Under the pieces are notes generated by a model, which worked only from the letters and a program-made list of their open reading frames with translations, searched no databases and was not told the DNA's origin. 64,000 nucleotides of DNA from positions 16,804,001 to 16,868,000 of the forward strand of contig NC_086109.1 of NCBI RefSeq assembly GCF_963921235.1. Reading direction: 5' to 3'. The position numbers and the translations under genes are program-made. The stretch is from Mobula hypostoma. Lineage: Eukaryota. Below are positions 52,315 through 64,000 of this stretch, in pieces (position 1 is the stretch's first letter; every line of letters starts with the position of its first letter).

Positions 52315-52556
52315 GTAAGTCCTTCAGTTGTTTCACCTAAGAACACAGACTCTTGCTTCTCTGGTCTCCAACCTTAAAGAGGATAGGAAATTATAACGGT
52401 TTCCAACATGCAACAGAAGCCATCTTGAAACCAAACTAAATGAAGCTGTATAAGATGTTGGTGAGGCCAGATTCGGAGTACCGTATGCAGTTCTGGTCAG
52501 AGTCAGGTTTAATATCACAGGCCTATTGATTTGTGGTAGCAGTCCATTTTAATAAT

Positions 52557-52560
<4 letters not shown>

Positions 52561-52609
<49 letters not shown>

Positions 52610-52615
52610 ACATAC
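52561..52615. repeat. (CA)n microsatellite
   Basis: Visible dinucleotide run. Confidence 0.95.
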
Positions 52616-53902
52616 ATATATATACTCTGTGTGTCTGTGTATATAATTAAATAAGTAGTGCAATAAGTGAGGAAAAAATACTCAGATAGTACACATGGGT
52701 TGCTTCATTGTCCATTCAGAAATCGCATAGCGGATGGGAAGAAGCTGTTCCTGAGATGTTAAGAGTGTGGCTTTAGGCTCGTATTCCTCCTCCTTGACGG
52801 CAGCAATGAGTAGAGGGCATATCTTGGGTGGTGGGGGTCCTTAATGATGGGTGCTGCCTTTTTGATACATAGCCTTTTGGAGGTGTTCTGGATGCTGGGG
52901 AGGCTAGTATCCATGATGGGGCTGGCTAAGTTTGCAACTTTTTCTGATCCTGGGCAGTGACCCCTCCAATGCCAAACAGTGAAGTAACCAGTTAGAATGC
53001 TGCCCAGGGTACATTTGTAGAAATTCATAATTATCTTTGGTAAATACCAAACCTCCTCAAATTCCTGATCAAATATAGCTGCCGCCGCGCCTCCTTTATA
53101 ATTGTATCAACATTTGGGGCCCAGGAAAGATCCTCAGAGCTGTTGAACTTGAAATTACTTACGCTTTCCACTGCTGATGGGCCAAAAGGCCTGTTTCTGT
53201 TCTTCAATACTCTAAGGCATCTATGAGTTTATGACCAAAGGCCATTCTGGACAAGGAGGTACAATTTCTGGATGTACCCACACAGCACTCCCTTTAGTTC
53301 CTAAATATTATTGGAAAAAGTCTGATGAGCAGGTCAATAGTCCATCTGCTCTGTGAGGAAATGGAATCTTCCACTGTGACAATAAAGTGAATACATGGTT
53401 TCAAGTGGTCTGAAGGCTCTCACAGAATATAAGTATTGCACTAAAAATAAATAGTTACCTCTCTGCCAAACCTTGTTTGTGTTAAAGCCTGTCTATTCCA
53501 ATGAATTGAAGTTACTCTCACTGCCAGCCACAGAATTTCATAGGCAACAATGTACTCTCAGGTTAACTGCTCATAGACAATGTCTGCTCTCAGCTTTCAT
53601 CTTCCATTGCCACTTCCTCTCTTCTGGCCTGTATTCTAATCTATTACCTATCAACTAAATTAGGTGTCTTCAAGAGGCTGTGCCTCGAGAAGCCAGCATC
53701 TATCATGAAGGACCCTCACTATTCAAGACATGACTTCTGATTACTACCATTAGTGAGCCAGAAAACCTGCACTCAATCATTCAGAAACAGCTTCTTTCCC
53801 TCTACTATCAGATTTCTGAATGGTCTGTGAAACCATGAGCACTACTTCATTGTTCTTCTTACGGCATTATTTGTTTGTAATTTATAGTAATTTTATGTCT
53901 TT

Positions 53903-54875
53903 GCACTGTACTGCTGATGACAAGCAAATTTTACCCCATTCAAAGTTAACGTCATACAAATTTCCCCTCATACATTGTACTGCTGATGCCAAACAACAAA
54001 TTTTTACCTCATGTAGCCCCCCAGCCAGCCTCAGGGTCGCTCGGCTCGCTGTCATCTAGGGAAACCGCCCTCAGCCCGGCCAAACTGGGTAATTAGTTTG
54101 CGTGGATGCTGCGTGATGTACCCCACCCTGCCCAAATAACAGACAATGCACCAGATACGATTAAATGATTTACAGTTTATAGATATTACTGGAACTATAT
54201 AATTAATAGAGAATAAAATATAAAAGGAAAATAAAAGGCGCCACACTTATCAAAGTTCAATCTCTTCGTGCACAAACAGTTGGAGCTCAGGACCCTTCTT
54301 CTTCACCCTGCAACCCCTCGGACCACCTCGACCTGCTGCCTGGGACCAACAACGGTGGTCGACCAGACGCTCCACAGGAGTCCGTCTCCATCTCCTCTCC
54401 TCGCCGAACACCCTGGACCTCGGACTCCTGCTCAGGGTCCAACCCCATTAGCGGACTCACAGCACCTGGTCCATCCTCTGTCTCTCTCTCCCGCCTTCTC
54501 CCCAAAAATCCCACGCATCATGCTGACTTACAGACACCAGAACGCATAACATCCATCCCAATTTGTTTGTTCACCATTTTATCAGTAACATAATCCAAAC
54601 AAACTGCTAGCGGGAGGACTTTCTCAGCAGTTAACATAACAAAGAATTCATTTCAATTATAACATAACAAAGAAGCCAGTTTAATTAGACTACGCAGTAA
54701 CATAGAAGAAGAAACCCCTTACACTCATACAAAGTTAACATCATACAAATTTCACCTCATACATTGTACTGCTGATGCCAAACAACAAATTTTTACCTCA
54801 TACAAAGTTAGCATCATACAAATTTTACCTCATACATTGTACGGCTGATGCCAAACAACAAATTTTTACCTCATA
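53903..54875 (+). repeat. ~73-bp tandem repeat (~4 units), split by the solo LTR
   Basis: CATTGTACTGCTGATGCCAAACAACAAATTTTTACCTCATACAAAGTTAACATCATACAAAT... recurs, e.g. at 54762 and 54835. Confidence 0.8.
54012..54723. mobile_element. Solo LTR (712 bp)
   Basis: Begins TGTA, ends TACA, 4-bp TSD CTCA (54008-54011 / 54724-54727). It cleanly interrupts a tandem repeat unit. Confidence 0.8.
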
Positions 54876-55256
54876 CAAGACAGTGATAATAAACCTGATT
54901 TGGATTCTGGTGCTAAATCCCATTGCTCTCTTGATAAGATGAAGACAGATGAAAGTATGTACTGGAAAACAATACCTTACTGCATGAATTCTTGGCAAAT
55001 GGAAAATCTCCTGTGGGATCTGCAAAGGGCATTGTCAAAAATTTGGCTGCGTGTCCTACTTCATAACAGCTGAGAAGGAAATTATTTTGATCACAATCTG
55101 TAAACTTGGCATCCTGAATTCCTGTCATGGTGAAAGAGTTGACCACCAACCTGCGTCCCGGCCCCATAACACCAATCATACCCGCTCCCTCATCATTGGC
55201 TCATATCCCCACCAGATATCATGTAGGTATACCAGTTTATCGCTTTCAGTGATTCA

Positions 55257-55548
55257 GGGCAGCACAAAAGCATAGTGGTTAGCATAAGATTTTACAATAC
55301 ATGTGACCAGGGTTCAATTCCCGCCAGTGTTTATAAGGAGTTTGGGTGTTCTCCCCGTGGCTGCATGGGTTTTTCTGGGTTCTCTGGTTCCCTCTCACAG
55401 TCCAAAGACATACTGGTTGGTAGGTTAATTGGTCAGTGTAAATTGTCCCGTGATTAGACTAGGTTTAAATCGGGGGTTACTGGGCAGCCTGGCTTGATGG
55501 GCCGGAAAGGCCTATTCCACGCTGTATTTCAACAAATAAATAAATAAA
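55257..55548 (+). mobile_element. tRNA-derived SINE
   Basis: A/B boxes, shared core and (AAAT)n tail. Confidence 0.78.
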
Positions 55549-56189
55549 CATCGTCACCATCCCATAATCACTGGAGATACACAAGACTCCAGCTTCAGTG
55601 GCCTGGAGCAACAAACAACCTTTTGGAAGATTGCATCTGCTGGCTAAGCAACATTTATGAGGAGGAAGGAATTGACAATGCTTTGGGCCGAAACTCTCCA
55701 TCAGAAAACCTAGTGTTTATACCTGAAATGTTGACAATTCCTTTTCCCCGTACACAGATGCTGCTCAATCCACAGAGTCAAGCAAATTGTTTGTTGTTTG
55801 TTGTCATAACAATTATTGGGTAGATTAACCCTTCTTTCGGATCCCTTAAGTATTGAGGTCAGCAAAGAATGTCCTTCAAAGGTGACGGCCTCTGAAATCT
55901 AAAATCACTGCTTAGTGACATCATTTTGTTCTGGAGTTGGGATTATATCCGGTCACTCTTCTGTTACTATTCTGAAGAGATCCAGGCCATGCTCTCTTCT
56001 TATTACTGCCATTGTGAAGAAGATACAGGAGCCTCAGGTCCCACACTTTAGGAACAGTTAATACCCATTGAACATCTGTCTCCTAAATCAGCGTGGGTAA
56101 CTTTACTCACTTCAACTCTGAACTGATTGCACAACCTATGAACTCACTTTCAAGGTCTCTACAGCTCATGTTCTCAACTTGTTTGCTTG

Positions 56190-56315
56190 CTTTATTTATT
56201 TATTTATTCATTCATTCATTATCTATCTATGTATTATCTATTATTTATTTATCTATCTATCCATCTATCTGTTTATTTATCTATTTATCTATGTATGTAC
56301 TTTATTTATTTATTG
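56190..56315. repeat. Compound (TTTA)/(TCTA)n microsatellite
   Basis: Visible tetranucleotide runs. Confidence 0.9.
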
Positions 56316-56712
56316 GATTTGCACAGACTGTCTTTTGTATATGGGTTGCTTGACAGTATTTGTCTGTGTGTGAGTTTTTCATTAATTCTATTGTATTTCT
56401 TTGTTCTGCTGTGAATGTCTGCAAGAAAATGAATCTCAGGGTAGTATATGGTGACCTATACTGTATGTACTTTAATAATAAATTTGCATTGAACTTTGAA
56501 CATGGTTAAACCACATGGCAGAAAGATTAACCGAGAGCCAACTCACGGCAGTCACAACTGGGTTTTCATCCATCCCTCTGCTCCAAGAGAAACAGTCTCT
56601 ATTGATCCCAAACAGGACTCCTCAATCACCTCAAAATAAATAGAGCTGGAGTGCAAGTCATCCTTGACCCTGAGACGCCTGACAATATTCTGCGATACAT
56701 CCACAGCATAAT

Positions 56713-57395
56713 GATTAGATTATGAGAACACTCAGTCCTCTTTTCTTGTCATTTAGAAATGCATACATGCGTTAAGAAATGATACAATGTTTCTCAAGAG
56801 TGCTATCACAGAAAACAAGACAGACCAAAGATTAACACTGACAAAACCACATAATTATAACATTTAGTTACAGCAGTGCAAAGCAATATGATAATTTGAT
56901 AAAGAACAGACCATAGGCACTGTAAAAAAAAAGTTCTCAAAGTCCCGAGTTGATCGACTCCTGAGTCCCCAATAGCAGGCGGCAAAAGAGAGAAACTCCC
57001 TGCCATAAACCTCCAGGCACCGTTAACTTGCCGATACCTTGGAAGCAGCCGACCCCAGCCGACCCTGAGTCCATCCATCCGAAAACTCCAAGCTTCCGAG
57101 CAGCCTCTCCGATACGGCCTCCCAAGCGCCATCCTCTGCCGAGCGCCTTCGACCTCTCCCTGGCCACTGAAACACGCAAAGCCGAGGATTTCGGGGCCTC
57201 CTGCTCCGGAGATTCCGGTTACCACACAGCAGCAGCGGAAGTTCAGTAGCAACATCAGAAGTTTTCCATATGTTCTGCTGTACTCTCACATCTGCCTCCA
57301 TCAAATCAGGATTGTGCACAGTCTCCTACTTGACAAAGAACAGATATTCATCACCGAAGTGGCCACGTGCGCTACTGTCGCACCACCGTCTTCCC
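56713..57395 (-). mobile_element. Same repeat family, copy 3
   Basis: Same ends and internal blocks as 147-832. Confidence 0.8.
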
Positions 57396-57488
57396 CCCAC
57401 CCCGCCCCCGGGAGGATGAGGAGAAATGTGACAAGCATCATTGAAATTTCTCGCTGACGCATACTTAACTCACTTTTTTTATTGACAG

Positions 57489-57584
57489 ATCTTTCCCAGT
57501 TTTCAACAGAGGAGCGGGATCTTATAAAGGTACAGGAAGGGGCAGGAGTCGTTCTACCTTGCAACCCATCCCCACATTATCCAG
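57489..57584 (+). CDS. cntn2: Contactin-2-like exon, Ig2 N-half (YLSQFSTEERDLIKVQEGAGVVLPCNPSPHYP)
   Basis: Acceptor TTTTTTATTGACAG, donor CAG|GTAATC, 96 nt, in frame. EERD..K..EG.GV.LPCNP..HYP motif. Confidence 0.93.
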
Positions 57585-58392
57585 GTAATCACTGTACAAC
57601 GTAAACCGCATTCCTTTCAATGGTTTATTGTAATTTGGATGTATGGAGCCAATCAAAAACCATGGAATTCCTTGACGACTTTGGCCTTTTCTCATGCTTT
57701 AAAAGAAAAAGAGCCTTTATATTAACATAGTTTCCTTCACAACCTGAAGGTACGTCAAGGTTCTTTAAAATATTTCCAATTTGTTTCGAAGTGTAGTCAC
57801 TGGTGTTGTACAGGGAATGCAGAATATGCTGCAAATCCCACAGATAGTAAGTGTATTAGCAACCTTTACATTGAAGAATGGATTCTGGACAGGACACTTA
57901 TTCACTCATCTGAAAGTAACTCTTTGGGAAATTAAACAGATTGGTGTAACAGCACATCTGAAAGTCAGTCCTGTTGACAATGCAGCACTTCCTAGGTCTG
58001 CAATACCCTGCTACGTACACTTGCCCTACATGTTTCCTTGACTAAGCACCTTGGTTCATTCATCAGAGTGTTTAAGTCTGAAAGTAAATCGCACAAAAAG
58101 CCATTTATTTGCTCCTACCAACAAAATACTGTAAACTCCACAACAGAAACCCAGTAAAATTCTTAGCATCTCAAGTGAAGATTCTAAACTCCCCAGCCTA
58201 GATCATGACACAACATGACCTTTTATTTGCTACAGAGTGGCAAAGGCATCGACTCAGATTGCTCGTGTCAAATTTTAGAGTATATTTTAAACAAATAGAA
58301 AAATCGGTTATAAAAAAGGATCTCGTGCTTTCCTACCAGATATGACAGATAATCTCTTCTCAGGCTTCCAGCCGGGTACAGGTATCGATTAT

Positions 58393-58432
58393 AACTGACA
58401 TTTCAATGACAAACTCTGCCATCTTCTTCAGG
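58393..58432 (-). ncRNA. Hammerhead-like motif of a different family, long helix II, helix I disrupted
   Basis: Reverse complement CUGAAGA-a-GAUGGCAG-agu-UUGUCAUU-GAAA-U-GUC. Confidence 0.5.
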
Positions 58433-58444
58433 AATTCCTCAATG

Positions 58445-58812
58445 TACCGAATGTTGAAAAGATTAGATGGGATGGATGTAGAGACAATGTTTCCTGTGGT
58501 TGGGGTGTCCAGAACTAGAGGGCAGCCTCAAAATTAAGGGGCAACCCTTTAGAACAGAGGTAAGGAGAAATTGTTTTAGCCAAAGAGTGGTAAACCTGTG
58601 GAATGCTCTGTCACAGACTGTGGTGGAGGCCAAGTCCGTGGCTAAATTTAAGGCGGAAGTTAATAGTTTCCTGATCGGTCAAGACATCAAAGGATATGAC
58701 GAGAAGGCAGGTGTATGAGGTTGAGTGGGATCCGGGATCAGTCATGATGGAATGGCAGAGCAGACTCAATGGGCTGAATGGCCTAATTCTGCTCGTATGT
58801 CTTACGGTCTTA
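58445..58812 (+). mobile_element. CR1 3' fragment
   Basis: ORF 58500-58718 has FSQRVVNLWNAL, followed by a CR1 3' UTR. Confidence 0.8.
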
Positions 58813-60267
58813 TTAATGGTGCCTGGGCATGTCGAAATCTAGAAAGATTGGTGTTTATATTGCATCTTTCATAACATTGTGAAATCGTGGTCAATAAATT
58901 ACTTTCAAAGGGTAGTTGTAAAGTCCAAAAGGTGCAAATTACTTTACACACAACCAGCTCCCATAACTAGCAAGATGTAATGCAGATCATCTGATTTTTT
59001 TTTGTATCATTTGACCTTAAAGAGGTAATAAAATTGCAAGGGGCATGGAGAGGGTGAATGCACATAGTCTCTTTCCCAAGGAAAGGGAACCACAAATTGG
59101 GGGGTATAGCTTAAAGCTGAGAGGGAAATGATTTAAATGGGACCTGAGTGGCAACATTTTTCACACGAAGGTGGCATGTATATGGAATGAGCTGCCAAAG
59201 TCAGTAGTTGAGGTGCAATAGTGTTATTTAAGATATATTTGGATACGTATACGGATAAGAAAGCTTTAGCGAGATACATGCCAAACTTGACCAGATGGGA
59301 CAAGCTTAGGTGGGTATCAAAGTTGGCACAGAGTCGGCCTGAAGTGCAGGTTTCTGCACTTTATTACACTATGACTCTACAGTTATATTGGCAGTAGTTT
59401 GGCAGATTTCATTGGTTGTAAAAATTACTGGAATAAGGACATTCCATCCATCAGAAAGGGTGGGAATGTTTGCTAATGACCGCACATTCAATTTCTTTCC
59501 AAGTCCACAAAATATGAAGCAGTCCATGCCAACATATAAAAAGGCCTAGACTCATTGCAATTTGGACAGACAAAGTTATCACATCTTGCAAGTGTCAAGC
59601 AATGGCCAACTCCTGTATTCCTTGGTCTCCATCCTCATCATTCCCATCACCAATTCCCACATCACTGACAACCAAAATTTTAACTGGAGCAAGTTTATAA
59701 ACACTATAGATAGACAGATACTTTACTGATCCCAAAGGAAATTAGAGTGTCACAGTAGCATTACAAGTGCACAGATATACAAATATTCGAAAAGAAGTAA
59801 GGAAGAATAAAAAATAAGTTACCTTAAAAATAAGATTTACAAATCAAAGATTACAAGATTTACAAGATTTCAAGTTCACACTGATAAAATGGTAGTGCAA
59901 GGATTACTGTAATATTATACAGAAATGGGTGCACATTCACATTCTATAACTACTAGAGCAGATCCTTAGACTATTATTCTGTAGTCAGTCCTTCATCTTT
60001 TGAATTCTCAGTCTTTTGGCTGCAAGATATAAATTAAGAGTGTGATTTAATACTCTCCACTAGCCTGGATAAGTGTAATTCTAACATCTGAAGACATGCA
60101 ACACCCTCTAGGTCAAAACAGTTTGGTTAATAAGTGTCAATCCACCACACTGAACATTTCCTCTCTCCAACAACAGCTGCAGTGTCTAGCATTGACAGGA
60201 TAAATAGCAGCAACTTGGCAAGGCTTTTTCCAATGGTTCCTTCAAAACTCCCATTCCCACACCAACA

Positions 60268-60858
60268 AGTCTATCCATGGCCTCTTCTACGGCCACAGTG
60301 AGGCCAGATGCAGGGTGAAGGAGCAACACCTCCTATTCTGTCTTGGTATCTCCAACATGATGCCATCAGCATCGAGTTCTCTAAGTTCCAGTAATCTCTA
60401 TGTTCCTTGTTTACCCTCCCCCACCCACCCACTTTGTTTTAGCTCTTACCAGTGGCCTTCTCTCTATTTTGCTTCCACTATTCTGCCTACATGAACTGCC
60501 CATCACCTCCCTCTGGTTTCACATCTCCTTCTCTTTATTCCATGGTCCACTGTCCTTTCCTTAGATTCCTTCTTTTTCAAGCCCTTTACTTCTTCCACCT
60601 ATCACCTCCCAGCTTTTCTCATTATTCCTTTTCATTTGCCCCTCAGCCACCCACCTATCTTCCCCCTTACCTGGACCCATCAATTTCCTGACTACCTCTG
60701 CTTCTCCCCTTTGCCCTACCTTTTTTTTCATTCTGGCTTCTGCCCCCTTCCTTTCCAGTTCAGCTGAAGTGTCTCTGCCCAGAACGTCAACTGCCTATTT
60801 CCCTCCATAGATGCTGCCCGACCTGCTGATTTCATCCAGCATTCTGGGTGTGTTGTTC
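60268..60858 (+). mobile_element. Degenerate PLE 3' fragment with decayed HHR
   Basis: Similar to the PLE endonuclease end and pLTR. Decayed core CAGCTGAAGTGTCTCTGCCCAGAACGTC near 60760-60790. Confidence 0.7.
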
Positions 60859-62413
60859 AAAACCACCAACATCAGCACTTTATCAGTCCACAGATGCATG
60901 GATTTTGCAACATTTGCTATTTTCCTTAAAGTTTCACACCATCCTGACCTAGGTATATCAGTTAATGCATCATCAGATTAAGAACAAGTGATCTACTGTG
61001 CAGACAAACATAAACCACGTGCCTTGTTAAATGCAGCCAGTTGACAGCGGAGGAAACAGAAATCTCATTCAGGCTGCATATCGTGCTTTCAATAAGTGGT
61101 CACACGCAGCTTCCTGTTCCGTCCTTGTTGAATTCCCCGTGTTTTATTTTCCCTTACTTTGATCATAGCGGCGCACATCAGTGGCAAACCCCATTATTCA
61201 CTGCCAATCCCTAACCCCCTTGAAGCAGAATGGCTTGACAGACCATTTCAAAAGGCAGCTTCAAGTTTCAAGATTGTTTAATGTCATTGCCAGCACACAA
61301 GTGTGATGGGGAATGGAATAATTGTTGCTCCAAATTTGATGCAGCACAGAAAAAACCACAATCAGCTAAAGAACATGATCATAAAAAATCCAATAAATGT
61401 AAATACATAAGATAATAATGTCAATCATATTTAGACCACATAGTTCAAGGGTTGTAGTTTTCCATCCCAGAAGTACAGCCAAAATATTAATCAAAATCTG
61501 ACTGTCTCATTGTTCATCCCACTTAATCAGCATTCTGTACTCCCTCTCATGAATTTACCCAGATTCCCTTGAATGCATCTGTGCTATTGATCTTCTCTGC
61601 TTCACAAGATAGCGAATTGCACATTCTAACGCACTCAGTGAAAAGAAGACTCTTTGGAATTCTCCATTGGATATATTTTCAACCATCAAGGGCATCTTGC
61701 CCATCGCTTCACAAGAGGAAATATTTCATTATTTTAAAGACTGTTATTATGTCAACTTGTAATCTTTTCAATGTTAAGGTGGAGGTCCTGCCAACTCGAT
61801 CCATCAATCAATAGTTATAATTCTCACGCCAGGAATATTGTCAACCTCTGAAATCTTTTCTGCACCTTTATTGCATTAAAGATTGGAAACTTCAGCATCT
61901 GCATTCCTCCTTTCCAATACCAATTTTGAGGAGTTCCTGAAGTCCTTTGTTCCTTCTCTTTATTTCTCCTTATTGAGAAGCCTGGTCCCACTTCCGAGGA
62001 TTTAGAGATTTGACAGAGGTGTTCAAAATGAAGAGGGCCTTCGATAATGCAAAGCAAAAGAAATTTACCTCTAGTAGGAGGTTCAAAAACCTGACGAGAC
62101 TTCAAAAATAGAAAAAAAAACAGTGCGAGAGACAAGCAGAATGTTTATCATAATGTCAGTAGTTATGATCTTCCGTGCACGGCATAAAAGAGTGTCAGAA
62201 ACAGATTCAATACTAACTCTCAAAAGGGAATTGGATAAGCATATCAAAAGGAAACATTTACAGAAGTATAGGGATAACGTAGAGGTAGTGGGATCACTTG
62301 AGTACAGTAATTCCATGATTCACTTATCATTCTCGTCTAAGCTCCTTAATCTAACTTACCTTAAGCACTGCCACAATGATTCATTTGTCTTTTAATGTTG
62401 GTTTGCACTACAG

Positions 62414-62623
62414 GTCCTTCTTATCGTTGGTTTATCGGTGAAATCCCAAACTTCATTATACCGGATGACCGGCGCTTCATCTCACAAGTGACAGGGAACT
62501 TCTACATCGCCAGAATAAAGACTTCAGACACAGGGGCTTATTCCTGCTATCTCACCAGCCACATTGACTATGCTACAACCAGTGTTTTCAGCAAGTCCAT
62601 TTCTCTGGCTGTGCAGTCTGTAG
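62414..62623 (+). CDS. cntn2: Contactin-2-like exon, Ig2 C-half (GPSYRWFIGEIPNFIIPDDRRFISQVTGNFYIARIKTSDTGAYSCYLTSHIDYATTSVFSKSISLAVQSV)
   Basis: Acceptor CACTACAG, donor G|GTCAGT, 210 nt, in frame. SYRW, SQ.TGN.YIA and TSH.D..T.SVFSK motifs. The gene continues beyond the window. Confidence 0.94.
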
Positions 62624-63459
62624 GTCAGTACGTGTTATCTTTAATAAGTAAATTCCGGTGTTTGCCAGTTGTTTGTTGGTGCTGGTCACTTGCCAGAGTT
62701 TGAGGTTAAAACAAGGTGCATTCTAAGGGTGGAATCAAATCAGATGTTATCTGTGAACCCCAGGGAGGTTATTAGTAGTTATTACCCCTCAACCATCAGG
62801 TTCTTCAACCAATGGGGATAACTTCCCTGAACTTCACTTGCCCCATGACTGAACTGTTCCCACAACCTATGGACTCACTTTTGAGGACTCCTGAACTTAC
62901 GTTCTCAATATTTATTGTTTATTTATTTATTACTCTTATTTATTTTTCCTTTCTTTTTGTATTTGCACATGTTGCTGTATTTTACACACGTCCTGTTGGT
63001 GTGGTCTTTCATTGATTCTATTATAGTTACTAGATTTATTGAGTATGCCCACAAGAAAATGGATCTCAGGTTTGTCTTTTCTCATCTCAGGGCTGTATCT
63101 ATATATATAATTTACTTTGAAATTTGAACTTTAGGTGAATGGAGAACTACATCTAATCAAATTGAATGTTGGAATACATTTAAGGGGCTGAATGGCCTCC
63201 ATCTGCTGCTTTAGAGAGTTAGATTTCAAAGTGGAACCCCAAAACGAAAGCTAAACTTAACAATGGTAAAGTTTTGGCCATGGAAGTAGTTAGTCCCGAC
63301 ATTATTCCAGATGCACAGCTATCCATGTGAAGGTGAAATCTGAAGATGAATGTCAGAGGAGGAGAGACAGACAAACAGAGAGAGACAGAGACTGACAGAT
63401 AGGTTCCGTCAGGGGATCAGAAAGACCTTATGATTTTGAAACCATGGATACTAAAATAC

Positions 63460-63868
63460 TTCCTGTACCTAATAAAGTGGCCATTGAGTGTATGTTTGTG
63501 GTTTTCTGCTGCTGTAGGCCATCTACTTCAAAGTTGTTTTCACTCACAGAATTGGATGATTACTGGATGATTTTTGTTTTTCACACCATTCTCTGTAAAC
63601 TCTAGAGACAGTTGTGTGTGAAAATGCCGGGAGGTCAGCAGTTTCTGAGATACTCTAACCACCCTCTCTGGCACCAACAATCATGCCATGGTCAAAGTCA
63701 CTTAGGTCACATTTCTGCCCCATTCTGATGTTTGGTCTGAACAACAACTGAACCTCTTGACCATGTCTGCACACTTTTAAGCATTGATTTCCTGCCACAT
63801 GATCGGCAGAGTAAAATTTGCATTTCAAGCAGGAGTACAGGTGTACGTAATAAAGTGGTCACTAAATG
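63460..63868. mobile_element. Tc1/mariner-like MITE, same family, left end missing
   Basis: Internal homology to the other two copies, and a right TIR. Confidence 0.72.
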
Positions 63869-64000
63869 TAAGTTATGTAGTTATTAGCAGAATGCTGTTT
63901 CTGAAGTTTGCTGGGCAAAATTGGTTGCTGAATTTTCTATGTTGCTACAGAGAGCGCAATTCAAAAATACTTCATTATTAGTGAAGCACTTATTGTGAGA

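Noticed and set aside
56093..56414. Hydrophobic Tyr/Ile/Leu-rich ORFs resembling membrane proteins
   Set aside because: They are translations of a tetranucleotide microsatellite within a LINE 3' UTR.
4967..60790. Strand bias of intact hammerheads against the gene's sense strand
   Set aside because: One intact + copy versus two intact - copies is too few to support selection.

Overview
This is vertebrate nuclear DNA, not prokaryotic. The repeat landscape (CR1 LINEs with V-SINE-like SINEs, Rex1/Babar-like LINEs, Neptune-type Penelope-like elements) suggests a cartilaginous fish, which is an inference. The window holds the 5' part of a + strand contactin-2-like (TAG-1/axonin-1) gene: a putative signal-peptide exon (CDS 9513-9567) and four Ig1-Ig2 exons (48578-48722, 52139-52314, 57489-57584, 62414-62623). 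All have canonical AG/GT sites and join in frame. The introns are packed with nested mobile elements: Penelope-like elements (PLEs) carrying minimal hammerhead ribozyme (HHR) motifs, short palindromic PLE-end insertions, CR1, Rex1-like and L1-like LINEs, tRNA-derived SINEs, Tc1-like and hAT-like MITEs, a solo LTR and a 34-bp minisatellite. Most other ORFs in the supplied track are TE fragments or artefacts. The most notable signals are the HHR-centred palindromic insertions (one nested in an older one), a recursive-splice-like AG|GTGAG site at the start of the ATG exon, and an ~800-bp near-identical inverted CR1 pair. I cannot establish that any of these is undescribed without database searches. 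Boundaries of old TEs are approximate.
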